From the NCBI GenBank assembly GCA_016882235.1, contig VGKU01000002.1:1-40407 (forward strand): a stretch of DNA of 40,407 nucleotides, read 5' to 3'. Each line of letters starts with the position of its first letter. The stretch's first letter is position 1. The notes under the pieces are model-generated. The model did no database searches. It saw nothing but the letters and a program-made list of their open reading frames with translations, and had not been told where the DNA came from. This DNA is from Candidatus Parcubacteria bacterium (GTDB taxonomy: Bacteria > Patescibacteriota > Patescibacteriia > UBA9934 > GWF2-40-263). Positions 1 through 8,671 of the stretch are shown one piece after another. The position numbers were made by a program, and so were the translations under genes.

Positions 1-1
1 C

Positions 2-436
2 TGGGCGGTCATCTATGTCGCCTACTCGGCGGCCGGGTACCGCGTGCGGCATCTGACGATCCCGCAGGGGACGGAGGGGGGTTACATCGCGCTCGCGCTC
101 CTGCTCTGCGGAGTGAGCTTGGCCTCCTTCGCGCTGGGGTCTGGGATCACGCTCGCGCTTTCCGCCTTGTTTGTGCATGAGGTCGGGCGCGGGATGTTCC
201 AGCCGCTCACGGACAGCTTTGTCCAGCACCGCGTACAGAGTGCCTACCGAGCCACCTTCGGCTCGCTTGCCTCACTCATCGGCCGCGCGGGTTTTGCCGT
301 CGTGCCGCTGTTTGTCTGGATAGGGATTGACGGGCGGCCGGACACAACCGAAACGATTGTCGCGGTATGGCTCGTGTGCGGACTTGTGCTTGCACTGGGC
401 GCGGGAGTGTTCTATCTCTTGCGTCCGCGCGAGTGA
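2..436 (+). CDS. integral membrane protein, C-terminal part (possibly MFS-type transporter); 5' end lies outside the window
   Basis: The frame is open from the window edge to TGA at 434-436. The translation contains several hydrophobic helices (GYIALALLLCGVSLASFALGSGITLALSALFV, AGFAVVPLFVWIGI, IVAVWLVCGLVLALGAGVFYLL). The family call is a guess from topology only. Confidence 0.5.
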   Translation, partial: WAVIYVAYSAAGYRVRHLTIPQGTEGGYIALALLLCGVSLASFALGSGITLALSALFVHEVGRGMFQPLTDSFVQHRVQSAYRATFGSLASLIGRAGFAVVPLFVWIGIDGRPDTTETIVAVWLVCGLVLALGAGVFYLLRPRE

Positions 437-496
437 ACGTTCGCCGCGCGTCCTGAGGCGTGGTTCCACGAACTCGCCTGCCCGTAACCGCCAAAC

Positions 497-529
497 CAAA
501 AAGCCGGCAACGTACGTCGTCGGCTTTTT
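497..529. terminator. bidirectional intrinsic terminator between the convergent membrane-protein gene and hup
   Basis: AAAAAGCCGGC-AACGUACGU-CGUCGGCUUUUU: a GC stem flanked by an A-run and a U-run, so it reads as stem plus U-tract on both strands. Confidence 0.6.
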
Positions 530-560
530 ATCAACTGGGGAGAATCATTTTGCGCGGCGT

Positions 561-857
561 TTACTCTTGCACCGTGCGTTTTCCTTTGAGCGTATCCTTC
601 AGCGCCTTGCCCGCCTTAAACTTTGGGACCACGACGGACGGGATTTGAATTGGCTCGGACGGTTTTTGCGGATTGACGCCCATGCGGCCCTTGCGCGTCC
701 GCGCGCTGAAGGTTCCAAAACCGGCGATGGTCACCTCGTCGCCCTGCAAAAGCGCGCGCGTCACAGCTTCTTCAAAGCCGGCCACAAAATCTTCGGCCAG
801 TTTTTTTGACACGTTCAGTTTTTCGGCAAGACGGTTGGCAAGTTCGGCTTTGTTCAT
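561..857 (-). CDS. hup: HU/IHF-family nucleoid DNA-binding protein
   Basis: 98 aa. MNKAELANRLAEKLNVSKKLAEDFVAGFEEAV...GDEVTIAGFGTFSARTRKGRMGVNPQKPSEPIQIP..VVPKFKAGKALKD matches the HU fold signature (GFGxF, R-x-G-R-NP arm). Confidence 0.93.
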   Translation of the reverse strand: MNKAELANRLAEKLNVSKKLAEDFVAGFEEAVTRALLQGDEVTIAGFGTFSARTRKGRMGVNPQKPSEPIQIPSVVVPKFKAGKALKDTLKGKRTVQE

Positions 858-972
858 AGGGGAGAGTCGCCGGTAGGAGGAAGTTCGTTGCTAGTATACG
901 CATTTTTCTCGCTTGTACCAACTACCCGCTACCAATGGAAGTATCTTTGCACGTTTTTTCACGTCAAGCAAC

Positions 973-2538
973 CTAGCGGGCGTACTCAATCACGCGGGTT
1001 TCGCGGATGACCGTAATGCGGATTTCGCCTGGGTAGGAGAGTTCCGCCTCAATTTTGTTTGCCACTTCTTTGGCAAGTCTGTAGGCAGTCAGATCGTCAA
1101 TCTTCTGGGGTTGGACGAACACACGGATTTCGCGGCCCGCTTGGATCGCATACGCTTTTTCCACTCCATCAAACGACGAAGCAGTGCGTTCCAGTTCCTC
1201 CATGCGTTGGATGAATTGTTCAAGGGATTGCTTGCGCGCGCCGGGCCTCGCACCCGAGATCGCGTCTGCGGCCTTGACGATCGCGCCTTCAATCGTGCGC
1301 GGGCGGTCTTCGTGGTGCGCGATGGACTGGTAGCAGAGCTCCTCGGGGAACCCGAATTTTTTCATGATATTGTACCCGATCTCCGGATGCGCTCCTTGCA
1401 TGTCGTGGTCTACAGCCTTGCCGATGTCATGGAACAGTCCGCCTTTCTTACACACAAAGACATCCGCGCCGAGCTCTTCGGCGACCATGCCGGCGATCGT
1501 GCCAACCTCAATGGAGTGTTGCAGGGCGTTTTGGCCATAGCTCGTGCGGTACTTCATGCGCCCAAGGATGGACACGAGCTTGGGATCAATGGATGACACC
1601 GGAAGGCCGAGTTGATAGAGCGCGTCCTCGCCGGCTTTGCGCAGATCAAGCGCGAGCGCCTTTTTGGCGTCCGTGATGGCTTCTTCCACCCGAGCCGGAT
1701 GGATGCGGCCGTCTTTGATCAGGGCTTCCAGGGCGCGTTTGGCCACCTGGCGGCGGATAGGAGAGAAACCGGAGATGGTGATCGCTTGGGGCGTATCGTC
1801 CACGATGATCTCCGTGCCGGTGAGCATTTCAATCGCCTTGATGTTGCGACCTTCCTTGCCGATGATGCGGCCTTTCATTTCGTCGTTGGGGAGTTCAACG
1901 CTGGTTGTCGTCGTATCCGTGGAGACCGACGAAGCAAAGCGCGTCATCGCGAGCGACAGAATTTTTCGCGATTTCACCTCCAGTTCCTCCTCGGTCACCT
2001 CATCCAGCTTGCGCAGGCGGTTGGTGAGCGCTTCTTGCGAATCCTGTTCAATCTCTTTCATCAATCGTTCCTGGGCCTCCTCACGCGTAAGCCCGGCGAT
2101 GTTCTGAAGCTTGGCAACCTCTTCCTCTTTTAGCGCTTCAATCGTCGCGCGCAACGTTTCCATCTCTTTGGTCCGCTCCTCCAATTTCGTTTTTTTGTCT
2201 TCCACTTCCAGGAGTTTCTTGTCAAACATGGCCTCGCGGTTTTCCAGACGGCGCTGCTGGTCTTGCAGGTCGCGTCGCATGGCTTGTTCCTCGCGTTTGG
2301 CTTCCTCCATGACGGTCATGGATTTCTCCTTGGCTTCCAGCAGGAGTTTTTGCGTTTCGTTTTTCGTCTCCTGTTGGATCTCTTGCTGTTTGGCTTTGGC
2401 CTCGGCGATCATCTTTTCGGCTCTCGCCTCTGCCTGGTCAGCCGCTTTGGTGCCGAGCGTCTTGCGGTACAAGTAGCCCGCGGCCGCTCCCAGAAGGAGA
2501 CTCACCACGAGCAGTACGATCAGTTGTAGAGAGATCAT
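973..2538 (-). CDS. rny: ribonuclease Y (N-terminal TM anchor, coiled coil, KH and HD domains)
   Basis: The translation has a TM helix (MISLQLIVLLVVSLLLGAAAGYLY) and a long E/K-rich coiled coil. It also has the KH motif (GRIIGKEGRNIKAIE) and the HD motif (GLFHDIGKAVDH...HHED). Start set at the internal ATG 2538 that begins the TM helix; the track ORF extends to 2640. Confidence 0.93.
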   Translation of the reverse strand: MISLQLIVLLVVSLLLGAAAGYLYRKTLGTKAADQAEARAEKMIAEAKAKQQEIQQETKNETQKLLLEAKEKSMTVMEEAKREEQAMRRDLQDQQRRLENREAMFDKKLLEVEDKKTKLEERTKEMETLRATIEALKEEEVAKLQNIAGLTREEAQERLMKEIEQDSQEALTNRLRKLDEVTEEELEVKSRKILSLAMTRFASSVSTDTTTTSVELPNDEMKGRIIGKEGRNIKAIEMLTGTEIIVDDTPQAITISGFSPIRRQVAKRALEALIKDGRIHPARVEEAITDAKKALALDLRKAGEDALYQLGLPVSSIDPKLVSILGRMKYRTSYGQNALQHSIEVGTIAGMVAEELGADVFVCKKGGLFHDIGKAVDHDMQGAHPEIGYNIMKKFGFPEELCYQSIAHHEDRPRTIEGAIVKAADAISGARPGARKQSLEQFIQRMEELERTASSFDGVEKAYAIQAGREIRVFVQPQKIDDLTAYRLAKEVANKIEAELSYPGEIRITVIRETRVIEYAR

Positions 2539-2742
2539 AAAATTGCGTCTTGTCGCCAAGAAGCCGCGGAGTTGGAATGGATTTACGCCAAAAGTTCCTT
2601 CATCTGGAAGGCACGATCGAAGGTTGTTGCGAAAAAGCAAACGGTCGAAAACATAGTGGCGATCCGCGTCCTGTCGGCTTCATGGAAACACGAAATTCGT
2701 TAGGTAAGGACGCGCTCAAGTTAGCAAAAAAGCAGTGGCGTG

Positions 2743-3441
2743 TCAAAGGCGCGAAAGCAGCGTATTTATGGGGATGAGACGGGGGTCGGAACTCGGTGTG
2801 GACTCTTCCATTGTGAACGGGCCAATCGTCGTACGGTGCAGGGTTTGGACATAGCCGCCGGTGCCAAGGGCGCGTCCGAGGTCGCGCGCGATGGCGCGGA
2901 TGTAGGTGCCCGACGAGCAATGGATCGTGCAGGAAAGTGTCATGGCGCGATCATCCATCACGATGTCGGTGATGTCATAGATGCGCACGTTTCTTGGTTT
3001 CGCCTCAATCGGCTTTCCCGCGCGAGCGGCTTCATAAAGTTTTTTGCCGCCTATTTTGACGGCGCTGTACGCCGGCGGGACTTGTACTATCTCCCCGATG
3101 AATTGTTGGAGCGCCTCGGTGACTTGTTCCGTGCTCGGTGTAATCCCGATCATGGATGGACGGATGTTGCCGGTCACGTCGTCGGTATCGGAGCTTGCGC
3201 CCAGGACAAATGTCGCCTCGTAGGTTTTGTCCAGGCCAACGAGTTTGGGGAATTCGCGCGTGGCCTCGCGGCCCACGCCCACGATTAACAGGCCCGTGGC
3301 AAAGGGATCAAGCGTTCCCGCATGGCCCACACGCCGCTCTTTGCTCCAAGCGCGGATACGGTTCACCACATCGTGTGAGGTCAGGCCGGCGGGTTTGTTC
3401 AGAAGGAGGAAACCAGACATAGGGGGTTGATCGTTATCCAT
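2743..3441 (-). CDS. truB: tRNA pseudouridine(55) synthase TruB
   Basis: 232 aa. GFLLLNKPAGLTSHDVVNRIR....VGHAGTLDPFATGLLIVGVG contains the catalytic-Asp motif of TruB. AGGA lies about 5 nt upstream of ATG 3441. Confidence 0.93.
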   Translation of the reverse strand: MDNDQPPMSGFLLLNKPAGLTSHDVVNRIRAWSKERRVGHAGTLDPFATGLLIVGVGREATREFPKLVGLDKTYEATFVLGASSDTDDVTGNIRPSMIGITPSTEQVTEALQQFIGEIVQVPPAYSAVKIGGKKLYEAARAGKPIEAKPRNVRIYDITDIVMDDRAMTLSCTIHCSSGTYIRAIARDLGRALGTGGYVQTLHRTTIGPFTMEESTPSSDPRLIPINTLLSRL

Positions 3442-3560
3442 TTCATCCTAGCAGAATTGACCGATTTTCGTTTTTCTCGTAAACTCGCAGCAGTTTCGTG
3501 AACCGTGTCTGCAAGATCCTTCGCTCCGCCAAGGTGGGACTAGGATCGCCTACGGGAATT

Positions 3561-5594
3561 ATGAATATCACCGAGCTGGCCAGGCGTTTGCGCGTCCATC
3601 CGCGCGAGCTGCAGGAAAAACTCCCGGAGCTCGGTTTTGCCGTTGGCAAAAAGGCGATCAAGGTGGATACGCGCCAAGCCCAGCGCATCATAGAGGCGTG
3701 GGGGGAAATGAAGCGTAAAGAACGGCTCACGCAGAAGGTAGAAGAGCAGAAAGCGTACGCCTTGCGAAAGGCACAACGCAAACCAGAGGAACTCAAGAAG
3801 GTTGCCGTCACCGATGTCATCACCGTACGCGATTTTGCCTCGCGTTTGGGTCTGCCCGTTCCACGGGTGATGCAAGAGTTGATGCACAACGGGATTCTGG
3901 CCGCCATTAATCAGCGGATTGATTTTGACACCGCGAGCATCATCGCAGAAGATCTTGGGTTTTTAGCCGAGCGTGAAGAGGCCGCCGTCTCCGAGGATAC
4001 GCAAGGACTGGAAAAGATCCGCGAGCGGATAGAAGCCGAACAGGCCGGGGCGACACAACCGCGCCCGCCGGTCGTGGTCGTGATGGGTCATGTGGACCAC
4101 GGCAAAACCAAATTGCTTGATGCCATTCGCAAGACGAACGTCATGGAAACGGAAGCGGGCGGCATCACCCAACATATCGGCGCGTACACGGTTGAACGAA
4201 ACGGCAGGCAACTGACCTTCATTGACACACCCGGACACGAGGCGTTTACCGTCATGCGTTCGCGTGGCGCGAAGGTGGCCGATATTGCCATTCTCGTTGT
4301 CGCCGCCGACGACGGCGTTCAGCCCCAGACGCGCGAGGTCATTGATATCATCAAATCGGCCGGACTGCCATTTTTAGTGGCGTTGAACAAGATGGACCGC
4401 GAGCAGGCGAATCCGGACAAGGTGAAAAGCGAGCTCTCGGAGATCGGGCTTGTCCCCGAGGACTGGGGCGGCAAGACGATCGTTGTGCCGATTTCCGCAA
4501 AGCAGGGGACGAATATCGAAGGTTTGCTTGACACGTTGCTTTTGATCACCGACATGGAAAAGGAAAAGATTGTCGCCAGTCCCGACCATCGTGCGATCGG
4601 CACGGTCATTGAATCGCATGTGGAAGCAAGCTCCGGGCCGGTGGCGACCGTGCTCGTACAAAGCGGCACGCTGCGTTTGGGTGACACGCTTTCGGTGCGC
4701 GACACGCTGTTTGGCCGCGTGCGCGCCATGCGCGATTGGACAGGCGCTTCGCTCAAAGTCGCCCCCCCTTCCACGCCCGCCGAGATTATCGGCTGGAAGA
4801 TTGCGCCGGCAGTCGGGGATATTATGGAGGCGCCGGAATCGGAAAAAGATTTGAAGCGCTTGAAGGCGACGGACCTTTCGTATAAGGCGACCGAAGAGGT
4901 GGCCGCGATTCGGCAGGTGCAACAGAAGGAAGAAGGCGACGATCTGATTGACGGCAAGCAAGTGATGAACCTGCTCATCCGCGCCGATGTGTTGGGATCG
5001 CTTGAGGCCATTCTGGGGATGCTGGATAAGATTCGCCATGAGCAGGTCGGGGTGAAGGTTGTGCAAAAAGGACTCGGCAACATCACGGATGCGGATGTGC
5101 TCTCCGCGCAAGGGTCCGGCGCGGTGGTGATCGGGTTCAATGTGCACCCGACGGCCACGGCCGAGGAGCTCGCGCGCGAAAAAAATGTGGAAATCCGAGA
5201 GCACCAGATCATCTACAAATTATTTGAGGAGATTTTGCGCGATCTGCAGAAGATGCTGCCGTCCGAGACAGTCCTCACCGAGCAGGGCACGTTTGGCGTC
5301 ATGAAGAACTTTCGCAAGAGCGACCGCGGGTGGATCATCGGAGGGCGTGTAAAGACCGGCACGCTCGCCGCGGGGATGAAGTTGCGCATCAAGCGGGGCG
5401 AAGAGTATGTGGGCGAAGGCTCGGTAGAAAAAGTTCAACTCGGTAAAGCACAGTTGAAGGAAGCGAAGGAAGGCCAAGAGATCGGGCTGGATTACCGCGG
5501 GAAGGTGAAGCCCGATGACGGCGATCTGCTTGAAGCGTACACAGAGGAGGTTAAGACACAGCATTTGAAGATTGAAGGGATACGTTTGCGGTGA
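3561..5594 (+). CDS. infB: translation initiation factor IF-2
   Basis: GTPase motifs [29 protein letters not shown] and SAK, followed by the IF2 C-terminal domains. Start placed at ATG 3561 ([10 protein letters not shown], typical IF2_N); the track ORF begins at GTG 3498, so the start is uncertain. Confidence 0.93.
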   Translation: MNITELARRLRVHPRELQEKLPELGFAVGKKAIKVDTRQAQRIIEAWGEMKRKERLTQKVEEQKAYALRKAQRKPEELKKVAVTDVITVRDFASRLGLPVPRVMQELMHNGILAAINQRIDFDTASIIAEDLGFLAEREEAAVSEDTQGLEKIRERIEAEQAGATQPRPPVVVVMGHVDHGKTKLLDAIRKTNVMETEAGGITQHIGAYTVERNGRQLTFIDTPGHEAFTVMRSRGAKVADIAILVVAADDGVQPQTREVIDIIKSAGLPFLVALNKMDREQANPDKVKSELSEIGLVPEDWGGKTIVVPISAKQGTNIEGLLDTLLLITDMEKEKIVASPDHRAIGTVIESHVEASSGPVATVLVQSGTLRLGDTLSVRDTLFGRVRAMRDWTGASLKVAPPSTPAEIIGWKIAPAVGDIMEAPESEKDLKRLKATDLSYKATEEVAAIRQVQQKEEGDDLIDGKQVMNLLIRADVLGSLEAILGMLDKIRHEQVGVKVVQKGLGNITDADVLSAQGSGAVVIGFNVHPTATAEELAREKNVEIREHQIIYKLFEEILRDLQKMLPSETVLTEQGTFGVMKNFRKSDRGWIIGGRVKTGTLAAGMKLRIKRGEEYVGEGSVEKVQLGKAQLKEAKEGQEIGLDYRGKVKPDDGDLLEAYTEEVKTQHLKIEGIRLR

Positions 5595-5667
5595 GTCGCT
5601 GGTCTCTGTGTGAAAAATGCGTATACTAGCTCCCAGCTATCAAAGATGAATTTCCATTTTTTTTCCT

Positions 5668-5982
5668 ATGCCGCTCATTCTCACCACAGATAATTTTGAT
5701 CAGACCGTCTTGCCATCCGATAAGCCGGTGCTCGTGGATTTTTGGGCGCCATGGTGCGGTCCGTGCAAAGTGATGGGGCCGGTCATGGAAGCCTTGGCGG
5801 ACGAGATGGGAGAGGCCCTGTTTGGGAAGGTGAATGTGGACGAACACACACAGCTCGCCCAACGCTATAACATTTTGTCCATCCCGACCTTTATGATTTT
5901 CAAAGGCGGTCAGGTGGTGGAGCAATTTTCAGGTACGATGGACAAAGGGTCGTTGCGCGCGCGGGTGGAGAAATATGTCTAG
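5668..5982 (+). CDS. trxA: thioredoxin
   Basis: 104 aa with the VLVDFWAPWCGPCK active site and thioredoxin-fold length. Confidence 0.95.
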   Translation: MPLILTTDNFDQTVLPSDKPVLVDFWAPWCGPCKVMGPVMEALADEMGEALFGKVNVDEHTQLAQRYNILSIPTFMIFKGGQVVEQFSGTMDKGSLRARVEKYV

Positions 5983-6913
5983 CGTTGAGAACGTGATCAT
6001 CATCGGTTCCGGGCCGGCGGGTTATACCGCCGCCGTGTACGCCGCGCGGGCAGAGCTCGCGCCGCTTTTGTTTGAGGGGCGCTCGCTGGGCGGATCGCCT
6101 GGCGGACAGCTCATGCTCACGACCGAGGTGGAGAATTATCCCGGGTTTCCTGAGGGGCTCCTCGGGCCGGAGTTAATGGAGAACTTTCGCAAACAGGCAC
6201 AGCGGTTTGGCACGCGCATCGTGAGCGAAGATGTGGTCGGCGTGGATTTTTCGCGCCGTCCGTTTGTCGTGAAGACAGCGAGTACGACGCATGAAGCGCA
6301 GGCGGTGATTGTGTGCACCGGCGCGCAGGCGGTGTGGCTGGGCGTGGCCGGCGAGCGCGAGTATCAAGGACATGGCGTCAGCGCGTGCGCGACCTGCGAC
6401 GGGTTTTTTTTCAAGGGCAAGCATGTGGTGGTTGTGGGCGGCGGGGACAGCGCCATGGAAGAATCCACCTTCCTCACGAAGTTTGCGGAAAAAGTGACGG
6501 TCATACACCGTCGCGCCGAGCTTCGAGCCTCAAAGATCATGCAGGCACGCGCGATGGCCAATCCCAAGATCGCGTTTGTGTGGAATACAGAGGTCACAGA
6601 AGTGCTCGGCGATGGAACGCGCATGACCGGCTTGAAGATCGTGAACAACACGACCAATGAAACATCGGAGTTTCCTGCTGATGGTTTATTCGTGGCGATT
6701 GGTTATCAACCCAATACGGCAATTTTTGAGGGGCAGGTGCGGTTGGATGCCAAAGGGTACATCGTCGTGGAGCCGTATTCCTCGCGCACGAGCGTACCGG
6801 GTGTGTTCGCGGGCGGGGATGTCATTGACCATGTGTACCGTCAGGCCGTGACCGCCGCTGGCACCGGCTGTATGGCGTCTTTGGACGCCGAGCGATGGTT
6901 GAGTTCCCTTTAA
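5975..6913 (+). CDS. trxB: thioredoxin-disulfide reductase
   Basis: 312 aa. FAD motif IIIGSGPAGYTAAVYAAR, redox CATCDG, NADPH motif VVVGGGDSAMEE, and C-terminal GVFAGGDV. Overlaps the trxA stop by 8 nt. Confidence 0.95.
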   Translation: MSSVENVIIIGSGPAGYTAAVYAARAELAPLLFEGRSLGGSPGGQLMLTTEVENYPGFPEGLLGPELMENFRKQAQRFGTRIVSEDVVGVDFSRRPFVVKTASTTHEAQAVIVCTGAQAVWLGVAGEREYQGHGVSACATCDGFFFKGKHVVVVGGGDSAMEESTFLTKFAEKVTVIHRRAELRASKIMQARAMANPKIAFVWNTEVTEVLGDGTRMTGLKIVNNTTNETSEFPADGLFVAIGYQPNTAIFEGQVRLDAKGYIVVEPYSSRTSVPGVFAGGDVIDHVYRQAVTAAGTGCMASLDAERWLSSL

Positions 6914-6919
6914 CATGCT

Positions 6920-8143
6920 ATGTCACTCATCAACCCTTTTGAAAATGCGCTGTCGCAACTTGCGCGCGCTAACGATGTCAAGCCGTTCGCGCGGGATCTT
7001 CTCACTCGTCTCTCACATCCCCACCGTGAGATTCGCGGATACATTCCGTTGACGCGCGACGATGGGCGCTTGCAGATGGTGGAGTATTATCGCGTTCAGC
7101 ACAACAACTGGCGCGGACCCTACAAGGGCGGTATTCGATTCCATCCCGACACGGATGTGAACGAAGTGAAAGCGCTCGCGTTTTGGATGACGCTCAAGTG
7201 TGCCGTTGCCGATCTGCCCATGGGCGGGGGCAAGGGCGGAGCGACCATCAACCCCAAAGAACTTTCCAAGGCCGAACTGGAGCGGCTCTCGCGCGCATGG
7301 ATGCGTGCGCTCGTGGATGTGGTGGGTCCCGAAAAAGACGTGCCGGCGCCGGATGTGAACACGACTCCCGAGATCATGGCGTGGATGGCTGACGAATACG
7401 CGCAGGCAACCGGCGATACGACCGGCGCGGTCATCACGGGCAAGCCGATTGGCGTAGGCGGGTCGCTCGGGCGCGACCGCGCGACCGCGATGGGTGGGTA
7501 TTATGTGTGGGAGGCGCTCAAGGACCGGTATGGCTTGCCACGCGTGTGCGATGTGGTCATCCAAGGGTTCGGCAATGCCGGACAGCATATGGCGGCGTTG
7601 TTTTTTCATGACGGTCATCGCGTGATCGCTGTGTCGGATTCAACAGGCGCGACGATGAACACACAAGGGTTGGATATTCCCGCGCTGGTCGCGCACAAAA
7701 ACGCCACGCGCCAGGTGAACGGGTTTACGGGTGGGGAAGATCTGGTGGGGAGTGAATTGGAAGTGTCGTGCGATGTACTGGTTCCGGCCGCCCTGGAAAA
7801 TCAGATTACCCGTGAGAACGCGTCGCGTCTTAAAACCAAGATGGTTCTGGAGCTCGCCAACGGCCCGACAACCCCCGAAGCGGACGACATTCTGTTTGGC
7901 GCGGGCGTGCCGGTTGTTCCGGACATTTTAGCTAACTCCGGCGGGGTTACGGTTTCCACCTACGAATGGGAACAGAATAAGAAAGGGGAGCGCTGGAGCG
8001 AAGAGGAAGTATTTGCGAAATTGAAACGCAGCATGGAAACGCAGGCCGCGCTCATTTTTGCGGGATCGCAAGAGTTGAAAACGGATCTGCGCCGCGGCGC
8101 GTTTGTGCTCGCGCTCGAACGGCTCGCAACCCATCAGCGTTGA
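6920..8143 (+). CDS. gdhA: Glu/Leu/Phe/Val-family dehydrogenase, most like glutamate dehydrogenase
   Basis: 407 aa. KGGIRFHPDTDVNEVKALAFWMTLKCAVADLPMGGGKGG (catalytic Lys region) and the Rossmann motif IQGFGNAGQH. Confidence 0.88.
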   Translation: MSLINPFENALSQLARANDVKPFARDLLTRLSHPHREIRGYIPLTRDDGRLQMVEYYRVQHNNWRGPYKGGIRFHPDTDVNEVKALAFWMTLKCAVADLPMGGGKGGATINPKELSKAELERLSRAWMRALVDVVGPEKDVPAPDVNTTPEIMAWMADEYAQATGDTTGAVITGKPIGVGGSLGRDRATAMGGYYVWEALKDRYGLPRVCDVVIQGFGNAGQHMAALFFHDGHRVIAVSDSTGATMNTQGLDIPALVAHKNATRQVNGFTGGEDLVGSELEVSCDVLVPAALENQITRENASRLKTKMVLELANGPTTPEADDILFGAGVPVVPDILANSGGVTVSTYEWEQNKKGERWSEEEVFAKLKRSMETQAALIFAGSQELKTDLRRGAFVLALERLATHQR

Positions 8144-8151
8144 GGTATTTC

Positions 8152-8300
8152 GTGTCATCCCGCGAGCGTGACTGTGCCCCCTGTGTCATCCCGAGCGAGC
8201 GGTACGGTGCCCCCTGTGTCATCCCGAGCGAGCGTTACGGTGCCCCCTGTGTCATCCCGAGCGAGCGGTACGGTGCCCCCTGTGTCATCCCGAGCGAGCG
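8152..8300 (+). repeat. head-to-tail tandem array, about 4.5 copies of a 33-bp unit GTGTCATCCCGAGCGAGCGGTACGGTGCCCCCT
   Basis: Units start at 8152 (31-nt variant), 8183, 8216 and 8249. A partial unit at 8282 runs straight into the palindromic module. Units abut with no spacers and differ by 1-2 nt (GGTAC vs GTTAC). Confidence 0.9.
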
Positions 8301-8383
8301 TTTATCATCTAGCCGAGGGATCTCGTGTGAATGCGAGATCCCTCCACTCGCCCCGGCGTTGCCGGGGCTCGGTCGGGATGACA
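8282..8383 (+). repeat. 102-nt palindromic structured module, copy 1
   Basis: The outer arms GUCAUCCCGAGCGAGCG ... CUCGGUCGGGAUGAC are inverted. Inside are hairpins GAGGGAUCUCG-UGUGAAUG-CGAGAUCCCUC and CCCCGGC-GUU-GCCGGGG. Copy 2 is 101/102 identical. Confidence 0.88.
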
Positions 8384-8456
8384 AGAAAAAAGCTGTGCCT
8401 GGCTTGGTCGCGATGATAGAAAGCGGTGTCATCCCGCGAGCGTTACGGTGCCCCCT

Positions 8457-8558
8457 GTGTCATCCCGAGCGAGCGTTTATCATCTAGCCGAGGGATCTCC
8501 TGTGAATGCGAGATCCCTCCACTCGCCCCGGCGTTGCCGGGGCTCGGTCGGGATGACA
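8457..8558 (+). repeat. 102-nt palindromic structured module, copy 2 (preceded by one 31-nt tandem-type unit at 8426-8456)
   Basis: Same sequence as 8282-8383 apart from one G>C change in the inner hairpin stem (CUCGUGUG -> CUCCUGUG). Confidence 0.88.
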
Positions 8559-8567
8559 GAAGGCGAT

Positions 8568-8613
8568 GTCATCCTGAGCGCCAGCGAAGGATCTCTGACC
8601 TTGAGATCCTTCG
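8568..8613 (+). repeat. related short variant of the GTCATCC(C/T)GAGCG module
   Basis: GTCATCCTGAGCGCCAGCGAAGGATCTC-TGACCTT-GAGATCCTTCG: same 5' box, with an 11-bp perfect hairpin (8585-8595 / 8603-8613). Confidence 0.7.
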
Positions 8614-8671
8614 TCCCCTCTTCCCGCGCTGTTTTGACTCGTACAGATTTTTCCTCCAAAGTGTTGAAGGT

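Noticed and set aside
8152-8300. Possible CRISPR array, because of regularly repeated ~33-bp units
   Set aside because: The units abut head to tail with no unique spacers, there are no cas genes, and the unit is the 5' arm of the adjacent palindromic module. It is a tandem repeat, not a CRISPR array.
8140-8671. Track ORFs 8140-8487, 8168-8416 and the 82-codon N-terminal extension of the leuS ORF (from 8426), which translate to APCVIPSERYG repeats
   Set aside because: They are translations of the repeat cluster in several frames. LeuS homology begins exactly at ATG 8672 (MAYNHHEIEHKW).
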